A stretch of DNA of 28,978 nucleotides from a virus: the IMG/VR virus record IMGVR_UViG_3300020370_000023, positions 1 through 28,978 of that record; one strand, 5' to 3'. A model generated the notes under the pieces. That model was not told where the DNA came from, searched no databases, and saw only the letters and a program-made list of their open reading frames with translations. Both the position numbers and the translations under genes were made by a program. Shown piece by piece: positions 1 to 7,014 of this stretch (position 1 is the first letter of the stretch; every line of letters begins with the position of its first letter).

Positions 1-77
1 ATTACAGGTTTAAGTATAGTTACTTCTTAATCTTAATTAGTAGTTTTCATATATTTCTTGATTAGAGTGGTTTATGC
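1..77. repeat. Terminal overlap copy 1: nt 1-77 are identical to nt 28902-28978 (circular closure; unit length 28,901 nt)
   Basis: Read directly: ATTACAGGTTTAAGTATAGTTACTTCTTAATC...GAGTGGTTTATGC occurs at both ends. Nt 1-30 repeat the last 9 codons plus stop of the CDS ending at 28931. Confidence 0.95.
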
Positions 78-91
78 CACTCTTTTCTTTT
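64..91 (+). terminator. Rho-independent terminator downstream of the tube-like gene (across the circular junction)
   Basis: Perfect 7-bp stem AGAGTGG (64-70) / CCACTCT (77-83), 6-nt loop TTTATG, followed by TTTCTTTT. Confidence 0.7.
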
Positions 92-97
92 ATATAC

Positions 98-129
98 CAA
101 ATAAATAATGACTTTTTCTATTATATAAT
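98..129 (+). promoter_or_regulatory. Late promoter-like bipartite element, copy 1 (CAAATAAATA-N9-TCTATTATATAAT)
   Basis: CAAATAAATA at 98-107 and TCTATTATATAAT at 117-129. The ATG of the next gene is at 132. Spacing is identical to the copies at 25136 and 26594. Confidence 0.6.
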
Positions 130-131
130 AT

Positions 132-611
132 ATGATACAAGCAATCACTGAAACTAACCTAACAACTTATTTACAGACTGAAGATAATCGTATAGACACT
201 TCAGTAGGATCAGACAAAATAAGGCACTTAGTTAAGTTCACTAATGACATGGATAAGTCAGTTCAGTATGCTTATTCAACAGTTCATTTAATTTATGATA
301 GATATACAAAGTTTGTATTTGATTATAATGCAACACCTGATGTTTATACTGGTAAAGTAAACTTTATACCGTCAGGATTTTGGAAATATGAAGTATATGA
401 AGTAAGTTGGACAGGTGCAGTAGCTATTAGTGCAGGAAACGCACCTATTAATGAGAATGATATATTGCCAGTAGGGCCTACTCATGGCGTAGTTCAAGGT
501 TTAATAACTAAAGGCAAAATGTATGTAGCAGATAAAGCAGGAACAGCACAAGTACAATATACACAAAGGCAAGAGCCTAGTGGAACTAATTATATATATT
601 ACGGACAATAA
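132..611 (+). CDS. Hypothetical protein, late (virion) module
   Basis: 159-aa ORF directly after promoter-like copy 1. Its composition looks like the other structural genes. No family recognised. Confidence 0.6.
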   Translation: MIQAITETNLTTYLQTEDNRIDTSVGSDKIRHLVKFTNDMDKSVQYAYSTVHLIYDRYTKFVFDYNATPDVYTGKVNFIPSGFWKYEVYEVSWTGAVAISAGNAPINENDILPVGPTHGVVQGLITKGKMYVADKAGTAQVQYTQRQEPSGTNYIYYGQ

Positions 612-621
612 AAAATAAAAA

Positions 622-897
622 ATGGCAATAGAAAATGTACAACAACTCTTAACAGAGCAATTAGGTAAAAACGGAGGTACTGAGATATTCACAACAGCAG
701 CCCAAACAAGCAAAGACTGGTATTGTGTTTACTTTCCTGTTGAAAGTGTAGTAGCTTCAATTACAGTAGCAGATGCAACTGGTGAAGCAGCTCTTCAAAC
801 GACTTTAGCAGCAGGAACAACTTTGTTTATGAATATAACCGCAATTACACTTACAAGTGGTATTGGAATAGGTTATCATGAAGGCGTTACAACATAA
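622..897 (+). CDS. Hypothetical protein, late module
   Basis: 91-aa ORF with an A-rich leader (AAAAATAAAAAATGG) and tight spacing to its neighbours. Confidence 0.55.
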   Translation: MAIENVQQLLTEQLGKNGGTEIFTTAAQTSKDWYCVYFPVESVVASITVADATGEAALQTTLAAGTTLFMNITAITLTSGIGIGYHEGVTT

Positions 898-900
898 GAC

Positions 901-1080
901 ATGCTATCACTTAAATTAGGCATAAGTTTAAATAACATCAAAGCAGGTGGAGGTGGAGGAGGAGACCCTATCTCATCTATGGTAGCTGATTTCCAGTCAA
1001 GAGTAACAACTGATGGCGGAACTAACGAGGGTAGCTCTTGTTTAACCACTATACTAACCGACTTAAATGATATATCATGA
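901..1080 (+). CDS. Small hypothetical protein (59 aa, contains a G6 glycine run)
   Basis: My own translation: MLSLKLGISLNNIKAGGGGGGDPISSMVADFQSRVTTDGGTNEGSSCLTTILTDLNDIS. It fills the gap exactly, and its stop overlaps the next ATG (ATGA at 1077-1080). It is below the ORF-track length cutoff. Confidence 0.45.
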   Translation: MLSLKLGISLNNIKAGGGGGGDPISSMVADFQSRVTTDGGTNEGSSCLTTILTDLNDIS

Positions 1081-2249
1081 CATTATTAGATGATTCTAAA
1101 ATAATTACTACTGCCAACTCTTTTAAAGCAGGAACTCTTTATAGTATTAAGCCTGATGACGCTAGTGCAGATTTTACTATAACTCGTTCTTCAACTGCTA
1201 CAAGGATAAACAGTTCTGGCAATATAGAGTCTGTTGCAATAAATGCACCACAAATTACTTATTCAGGTGGTTGTGCCTCTTTTTTAGTAGAACCACAAAG
1301 AACAAATTTACATCTATATAGTGAAGAACTTGACAATGCCGCCTATCAAAAAAGTGATGTAACAGTTAGTGCAAATGCAGTAACTTCTCCTGATGGAACT
1401 ACAAATGCTGATGAATGCGAAACAACAAGTAATGGCGCTCAATTATACCAACAAATTTCTTTAGCAGCGTCAACAACTTACACTTGGAGTTTTTATGCTA
1501 AAAAAGGTACTATGACAGATGTAGGTCAGCAGATTTATAATATGAATGGTGATGGAGAGTATGGAACTGGCGGTAAATATTACTCTCAAATTGGTGCTGA
1601 TTGGACAAGAATATCTTTTACTTTTACAACTGGTGTTAACGGTGGAAACACACGCTTTTATCCTATAAATGCTTCAGGAGTTACTGGGTCTATATATTTA
1701 TGGGGCTTTCAGATAGAACAGTATTCAGCAGACACTTCATATATTCCTACAACTAGCGGTTCAGTTACAAGAGTAAAAACAGTATGGGAAACAACAGGGC
1801 TTGGTTCCGTATTAAAACCAACAGAAGGAGTTTTAATGGCAGAGATAAGGTTTCCTCATGGAAGTACAGACATGGCTACAAACATTTTAAGTGTAAGTAG
1901 TGGTAATTTTACGAATATGGTAAACATAGGATATTGGGCTGGTTATTTTGCACAAGTAACTATGGGTGGCGCACACTTGATGTTTGCACTTGGAACTGGG
2001 CCTACTGTTGATACAAATTTTCATAAAATTGCTGTTAAATATAAAAGTGGTGATTGTGCTGTTTGGGTTGATGGAGTTGAAACAACCACTTCAACACTTA
2101 CTGGTGCACCTACTGGAACAAATATAAATATTATTTCAGGCTCTTATGGTAACAGTAGTGGATTTTGGCCTTTCTTTGGTGAAATAAAACAGTTAGTGTA
2201 CTTTGATAATATACTAACAGATTCTCAACTATTAGATTTAACTAATTAA
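1077..2249 (+). CDS. Tail fibre / receptor-binding-type protein with a LamG (concanavalin-A-like) domain
   Basis: The motif YLWGFQIEQ...SYIPTTSGSVTR is typical of phage fibre proteins carrying ConA-like/LamG domains. The C-terminal half (NIGYWAGYF...FHKIAVKYKSGDCAVWVDG...IKQLVYF) looks like a LamG beta-sandwich. Confidence 0.55.
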   Translation: MTLLDDSKIITTANSFKAGTLYSIKPDDASADFTITRSSTATRINSSGNIESVAINAPQITYSGGCASFLVEPQRTNLHLYSEELDNAAYQKSDVTVSANAVTSPDGTTNADECETTSNGAQLYQQISLAASTTYTWSFYAKKGTMTDVGQQIYNMNGDGEYGTGGKYYSQIGADWTRISFTFTTGVNGGNTRFYPINASGVTGSIYLWGFQIEQYSADTSYIPTTSGSVTRVKTVWETTGLGSVLKPTEGVLMAEIRFPHGSTDMATNILSVSSGNFTNMVNIGYWAGYFAQVTMGGAHLMFALGTGPTVDTNFHKIAVKYKSGDCAVWVDGVETTTSTLTGAPTGTNINIISGSYGNSSGFWPFFGEIKQLVYFDNILTDSQLLDLTN

Positions 2250-2250
2250 T

Positions 2251-2598
2251 ATGAATATATATAAACTACAATACGATAATAAAGCACAAGCTGATGCTGA
2301 CTTTTTAGACAAAGGAGTAACTCAAATAATAGAGGTTGAAGGTCAACAACACACAGCAAATACTAGCACAACTCAAGCAATAGTAGACTTAGGCAGAATA
2401 GTAGAAACACCTGGAACTTATGACCCTGATGGTCATGTAATTACACCGCCTGTTTATTATGATGGTGTATTTTACGATATAATGACTACTAAGCATATAG
2501 ACTTTGGAGCTCATGCTTTAACACCTACTAAATGCGTACATGGCTTTGCAGGTTACAGTATAGATGCAAATGGAGATAATGTAGAACCACAACAATAA
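2251..2598 (+). CDS. Hypothetical protein
   Basis: 115-aa ORF starting 1 nt after the preceding stop. No family recognised. Confidence 0.55.
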   Translation: MNIYKLQYDNKAQADADFLDKGVTQIIEVEGQQHTANTSTTQAIVDLGRIVETPGTYDPDGHVITPPVYYDGVFYDIMTTKHIDFGAHALTPTKCVHGFAGYSIDANGDNVEPQQ

Positions 2599-2600
2599 TT

Positions 2601-4622
2601 ATGAAAGATAACATCATTAATATTAATTTAGAAACAAGTACATCGCCGACTGTCGCTGAAGTAAGGGGTAAAGATTGGATCGAATACGGAACTGAAGATT
2701 GGAGAAACTTATATCCGCAGTTTATTATAGACTTATACTATTCAAGCTCAATAACTGCTGCAATCGTAAATGCAACTGCTGAAATGGTAGCAGGTGAGAA
2801 TTTAATCATAGAAGATGAAAAAGATAGAAATGAAGAGGCTAGAGTAAAGCTTGAAAACTTTATGAATAGAGCTAATGGTAATGAAAGCTTACATGAAGTA
2901 ATAAAGAAGTTAGCTTTTGATTTTAAACTTCAGGGTGCTTTTGCTCTTAACATAGTTTGGTCTAAAGATCGCACACAAATTGCAGAAATATACCATGTAG
3001 ATGTTTCTAAGGTTCGTTGTGCAAGACCTGATGAATTTGGCAAGACTAAAGGTTATTACATTTCTGCAGACTGGTCAAACACTAGACAAAACAAACCATA
3101 TTATGTTTCTTGCTTTAATGTTAATGATAGAACATCAGCTAATCAAATAATGTATTCAGGATTATATAGTCCTAATATGAACTCTTATTATACACCTGAC
3201 TGGGTGTCTTGCACAAATTGGAGTCTTATAGATTCTAGAATTAGCGAGTACCACTTAAACAACATAAGCTCAGGATTTTCAGGTTCTTTTATGATTAACT
3301 TCTCAAATGGCATACCAACACAGGAAGAGAGATTTCAGATAGAACAAAGTATAACGGAAAAATTCACATCACAAAATAATGCAGGGAAGTTTGTATTGAC
3401 TTTTTCAGATGACAAGACTAGAACACCTGAAGTTAATGCGATAAGTCCTGCTGATTTAGATAAGCAATATTTAGCACTTCAAGAATTACTAACTCAAAAC
3501 ATTTTATCAGGACACAGGGTAACTTCACCTATGCTAATGGGGATTAAGAACGACACAGGACTTGGCTCTAATGTAGATGAACTTAACTCAGCAGCAAACT
3601 TTTATCTTAATACAGTAGTTAAACCATTTCAAGATCAGATAGTAAAACAACTTAGAAAAATCTTTCAAGTTAATGATATGGATATGCCTGTAAACTTTGT
3701 ACAGCTTAAACCAATTACTTTAGAGTTTACAAGTGAAGATTTAAAAGGCATTTTAACTGAAGATGAATTGAGAGAAGAAATGGGATTGCCACCTTTAGAT
3801 GTAGAAATCAGAGAAGATTTTAGCAAAGTAGGAAATATAGATGGGAAGCCAGTATTTGACACAATAAAAGAAGCTGAGGCGCACGCAAAGACTTTAGGGT
3901 GCGAGGGGTACCATCCACACGAATACGAGGGCAGAACTGTTTACATGGCGTGTAAAGACCATTCTTCAGCAACAGAACTTGCAAAGTTTATTGAAGAATT
4001 TGGTGAAGATATACCTGAAGAGTGGGAATTAGTAGATGAAGAAAAAGTTGTAGATGAACACGCTGACTTTAATTTTGAAGAAGTTTTAAATGATGTAGCT
4101 AATGAAAAGATAGAATTAACTTCAACAGGTAGGGCTTTGCCTGGTAGAAAGTCAGATCAAGATGGTATATCTAAAAAAACTTATGACTATTTTAGAGTAA
4201 GATATGTATATGCTCAAGATAATTTTTTAGTAAATAAAACAGGACAAGAAAGACCATTTTGCAAACAAATGATGGGAGCTAAAAAACTTTACAGAAAAGA
4301 AGATATTGTAGCTATGTCAGGTAAAGTTGTAAACGACTATTACTATTCTAAAAACCAAAAAAGAAATATAGGTTGGGGACCTAAAGGTGCTTTAAAATAT
4401 GATATATTCAAATTTAAGGGGGGGGGTAACTGTGAACATTTTTGGCTCCGCCAGATTTGGAAAACAGAATTAGGAAAATCAAGAACAACTAAGATAGAAG
4501 ATGCTGATTTAATTGGATATACTAAAGCGGTTTCAGAAGGATTTAGACCTGAAAAGAATAGCCCATTAGTAGCAAAGCCACCAAAAAGAATGAAAAATAA
4601 AGGATTTTTAACACCAAGATAA
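2601..4622 (+). CDS. Portal protein fused to a C-terminal MuF/SPP1-gp7-like minor head domain
   Basis: The N-terminal ~400 aa have a portal-like layout, ending GHRVTSPMLMGI...VKPFQDQIVKQL. A Cys/His motif follows (LGCEGYHPHEYEGRTVYMACKDH). The C-terminus (RPFCKQMM...GWGPKG...FKGGGNCEHFW) resembles the conserved Cys/His end of head-morphogenesis (MuF-type) proteins. Confidence 0.75.
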   Translation: MKDNIININLETSTSPTVAEVRGKDWIEYGTEDWRNLYPQFIIDLYYSSSITAAIVNATAEMVAGENLIIEDEKDRNEEARVKLENFMNRANGNESLHEVIKKLAFDFKLQGAFALNIVWSKDRTQIAEIYHVDVSKVRCARPDEFGKTKGYYISADWSNTRQNKPYYVSCFNVNDRTSANQIMYSGLYSPNMNSYYTPDWVSCTNWSLIDSRISEYHLNNISSGFSGSFMINFSNGIPTQEERFQIEQSITEKFTSQNNAGKFVLTFSDDKTRTPEVNAISPADLDKQYLALQELLTQNILSGHRVTSPMLMGIKNDTGLGSNVDELNSAANFYLNTVVKPFQDQIVKQLRKIFQVNDMDMPVNFVQLKPITLEFTSEDLKGILTEDELREEMGLPPLDVEIREDFSKVGNIDGKPVFDTIKEAEAHAKTLGCEGYHPHEYEGRTVYMACKDHSSATELAKFIEEFGEDIPEEWELVDEEKVVDEHADFNFEEVLNDVANEKIELTSTGRALPGRKSDQDGISKKTYDYFRVRYVYAQDNFLVNKTGQERPFCKQMMGAKKLYRKEDIVAMSGKVVNDYYYSKNQKRNIGWGPKGALKYDIFKFKGGGNCEHFWLRQIWKTELGKSRTTKIEDADLIGYTKAVSEGFRPEKNSPLVAKPPKRMKNKGFLTPR

Positions 4623-4624
4623 TT

Positions 4625-5200
4625 ATGAGCTATGTACTTTTTATATCAGAACAGAAGTTAAAATCTTCGACTGCCGTAAACTTATCAGTTGATGTGAATT
4701 TGCTCTTGCCTTATGTAAGGCAGGCACAAAAGTTGTATGTTGAAACCAAACTAGGAACTGATCTTACACAAAAACTAAAAGACTTAATTACATTAGGTAC
4801 AATAGGTAATGTAGGTAATGAAGCATACAAAACTTTAGTAGATGATTATATTGGTGATATGCTACCAAACTGGGCGTTTTATCATGCAGTTCCTTTTTTA
4901 AGATTTAAAATTGAGAATGGAAATATTTATTCTAAGACTTCTGAAACAGGAAACGCCCTTAGCACAGAAGAAGCTCAGCATTTAAGAGAAGAGGTAAGAA
5001 ATACTGCTGAGTATTACACAGAGAGAATGATAGACTATGTTAGAAACAATACATCAAGCTTTCCTGAGTATTCAACTAATTCAGGTGCAGATGTAAGTCC
5101 TGACTCTAATGCCTACTATAATGGTATGAATCTTGAAAGACCAATGCAAAAAGGAACTAAATTAACTTTAAGAGATTTTCTAACTCCCGATTTAACTTAA
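4625..5200 (+). CDS. Hypothetical protein; possible head-tail adaptor
   Basis: 191-aa ORF directly after the portal gene. It looks helical, with a gp6-like connector feel. The functional call rests on position only. Confidence 0.5.
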   Translation: MSYVLFISEQKLKSSTAVNLSVDVNLLLPYVRQAQKLYVETKLGTDLTQKLKDLITLGTIGNVGNEAYKTLVDDYIGDMLPNWAFYHAVPFLRFKIENGNIYSKTSETGNALSTEEAQHLREEVRNTAEYYTERMIDYVRNNTSSFPEYSTNSGADVSPDSNAYYNGMNLERPMQKGTKLTLRDFLTPDLT

Positions 5201-5260
5201 TGAAGAAATATTACAAGCCAAAAATAAAAAATATAAATAAACTTAAAACATACTTAAAAG

Positions 5261-5431
5261 ATGCCACTGAAGCAGATAACAAAAGAAGTAGGAGAAGTGT
5301 TAGGAGTAAACAGCGTAATATTAAGCGTAACGACATTCACTAACCTAGAACTATTTTTAAAAATAATACTGTTATTAGTTACAATAGTTTATACTGTTGA
5401 CAAGTGGTGGTATCATAAAAAGAAAAGATAA
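5261..5431 (+). CDS. Small membrane protein (56 aa), candidate holin/lysis accessory
   Basis: My own translation: MPLKQITKEVGEVLGVNSVILSVTTFTNLELFLKIILLLVTIVYTVDKWWYHKKKR. It has one clear TM segment and a basic C-tail, and sits just upstream of the DUF5675 gene. It is below the track cutoff. Confidence 0.45.
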   Translation: MPLKQITKEVGEVLGVNSVILSVTTFTNLELFLKIILLLVTIVYTVDKWWYHKKKR

Positions 5432-5488
5432 TGCCTAAGAAACGCAAATTAAATAGCAATAATCCAAAGTATAACAAAGCAATAAAAA

Positions 5489-5974
5489 GTGAAATTAAAA
5501 TGCGTAAAGAATTTGTTAAAGAAGTTAAAGGGTGTAAAATTTATAAGTCCTACTATCTCTAAAAACTCCAACATAAACCTTTTAATTCTCAGAGATACTT
5601 TTAGTGATGAAAGTACAATAGGAGAGTTATTTCTTAATGGAGAAAGATTTTGTGATACATTAGAACTACCTTATAAAGATAATCAAAGAAGTATATCTTG
5701 CATACCAGTAGGCGAATACAAAGTACGATTAAGATACCCAAGAGAAAGTGCTACTAGAAATTACTTGCACTTGCTTGTAGAAGATGTAAAAGACCGCTCT
5801 CATATTTTAATACACCGCGGAAATAAGCCCTCGCATACCCAGGGCTGCATATTAGTTGGGATGACAAGTCAACAAGACTTTGTTGGTAACTCTACTTTAG
5901 CTATGGATTTACTTATAAAAGAAATAATAAATTTGGGTGGCACTAATATTAATTTAATAATCAAAAATAAATAA
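5489..5974 (+). CDS. DUF5675-family protein, candidate cell-wall hydrolase (endolysin)
   Basis: LLILRDTFSDESTIGELFLNGERFCDTLE...IPVGEYKV...ILIHRGNKPSHTQGCILVG matches the DUF5675 pattern (TxGxL...TLE...IPxGxY...HxGN...GCIL). The conserved domain begins near 5575 and has no ATG nearby, so the GTG at 5489 is only a provisional start. Confidence 0.65.
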   Translation: MKLKCVKNLLKKLKGVKFISPTISKNSNINLLILRDTFSDESTIGELFLNGERFCDTLELPYKDNQRSISCIPVGEYKVRLRYPRESATRNYLHLLVEDVKDRSHILIHRGNKPSHTQGCILVGMTSQQDFVGNSTLAMDLLIKEIINLGGTNINLIIKNK

Positions 5975-5976
5975 TT

Positions 5977-6171
5977 ATGAAAGAATGGATTTTAGTACAA
6001 ACTTTAAAAAAGGCAATTTCAAGTCGTAAATTTCTATATACTGCAATTGGCTGTATAGCGACTTTACTTAGCGACCATTTAGGTTTAAATGCTGATGAGG
6101 TTAAAAACATACTATTTAGTATAGCAGCACTTGTCTTAGGTCAAGGTATTGCAGATGGATCAAAAAAGTAA
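5977..6171 (+). CDS. Two-TM small membrane protein, holin-like
   Basis: 64 aa with hydrophobic segments FLYTAIGCIATLL and ILFSIAALVLGQGI and a charged end DGSKK. It lies immediately after the DUF5675 gene. Confidence 0.55.
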   Translation: MKEWILVQTLKKAISSRKFLYTAIGCIATLLSDHLGLNADEVKNILFSIAALVLGQGIADGSKK

Positions 6172-6883
6172 TAATAGATTTAGATTAAAGCCGCATGAAA
6201 TAGCGGCATTAAAAAAGATGCGAGAAGCTGACACTAGGAATATCCTAGTTGTTGGCGACTTGCATGAACCATTTTGCCTAGATGGTTATTTAGAGTTTTG
6301 TATAGAGCAGTACGAGGCCTATAATTGTAATCATGTTATAATGATTGGCGATTGCGTTGATTCGCATGGATTTTCATACCATGAGCCTGACCCAAATGGA
6401 TTATCAGCAGGTAATGAGCTTGAATTAGCAATTAAAAAAATAGAAAAATGGCATAAAGCATTTCCTAATGCTGATGTATGTATAGGTAATCATGATAGAA
6501 TGGCAGCTAGAAAAGCAATGACTGGCGGTATTCCTGCTCAATGGATAAAGTCTTACAACGAAGTTTTAGGAACCCCAACATGGAACTGGGTTGAGTCAGT
6601 AGTGTATGATGATGTCCTTTACGAACATGGAGAAGGGGGGCAAGCTCAATCAAAAGCAAAGAATAACCTAATGTCAAGTGTTTGCGGTCATACTCATACT
6701 GAAGCATACTGTAAGTGGTTTGTAGGAAAAAGATACAGAATCTTTGGTATGCAAGTAGGTTGCGGTGTAGATGCTTCAACTTATGCTGCTGCTTACGCTA
6801 AAAACTTTAAAAAACAAGCCATAGGCTGCTCAGTAGTATTAAACAATGGTACACTACCAATAAATCTTTTAATGCCCTTATAA
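6149..6883 (+). CDS. Calcineurin-like metallophosphoesterase
   Basis: The family motifs occur in the expected order: VVGDLHEPF, MIGDCVDS, GNHD, GHTH. Confidence 0.8.
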   Translation: MQMDQKSNNRFRLKPHEIAALKKMREADTRNILVVGDLHEPFCLDGYLEFCIEQYEAYNCNHVIMIGDCVDSHGFSYHEPDPNGLSAGNELELAIKKIEKWHKAFPNADVCIGNHDRMAARKAMTGGIPAQWIKSYNEVLGTPTWNWVESVVYDDVLYEHGEGGQAQSKAKNNLMSSVCGHTHTEAYCKWFVGKRYRIFGMQVGCGVDASTYAAAYAKNFKKQAIGCSVVLNNGTLPINLLMPL

Positions 6884-6978
6884 TGCACCTAAAAGACTCT
6901 ACAAAGCTAACTCTACTCTACTTATTACTTATAGTAATAGTTTTACTTATTTCTCTTTAATTTTCTTGTTAACACTAT

Positions 6979-7014
6979 AATTGTTAATAACTTTGTAAAT
7001 AAAGTTGTAAATAA
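6979..7014 (+). repeat. Three tandem 12-bp repeats NNTTGT(T/A)AATAA (operator/iteron-like)
   Basis: AATTGTTAATAA (6979-6990), CTTTGTAAATAA (6991-7002), AGTTGTAAATAA (7003-7014). Further TTGT boxes start at 6966 and 7015. Confidence 0.7.

Noticed and set aside
5200-5343. A 47-aa very basic ORF (MKKYYKPKIKNINKLKTYLKDATEADNKRSRRSVRSKQRNIKRNDIH) whose ATG overlaps the stop of ORF 4625-5200.
   Set aside because: It overlaps the membrane-protein ORF 5261-5431 by 83 nt in another frame, and its Lys/Arg/Asn composition is what AT-rich DNA yields by chance. I cannot exclude that it is real, since it has TAATG coupling. I prefer the ORF with a clear TM segment.
5431-5562. A 43-aa basic ORF overlapping the 5' part of the DUF5675 ORF.
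   Set aside because: I did not annotate it as a gene because it overlaps the provisional GTG-5489 start region and has no recognisable features. It is kept as part of the start-codon puzzle in the findings.
6883-6960. A 25-aa hydrophobic mini-ORF (MHLKDSTKLTLLYLLLIVIVLLISL) overlapping the stop of the phosphoesterase gene.
   Set aside because: It is too short to support from sequence alone. It could be a small membrane peptide belonging to the lysis region, but there is no independent evidence.
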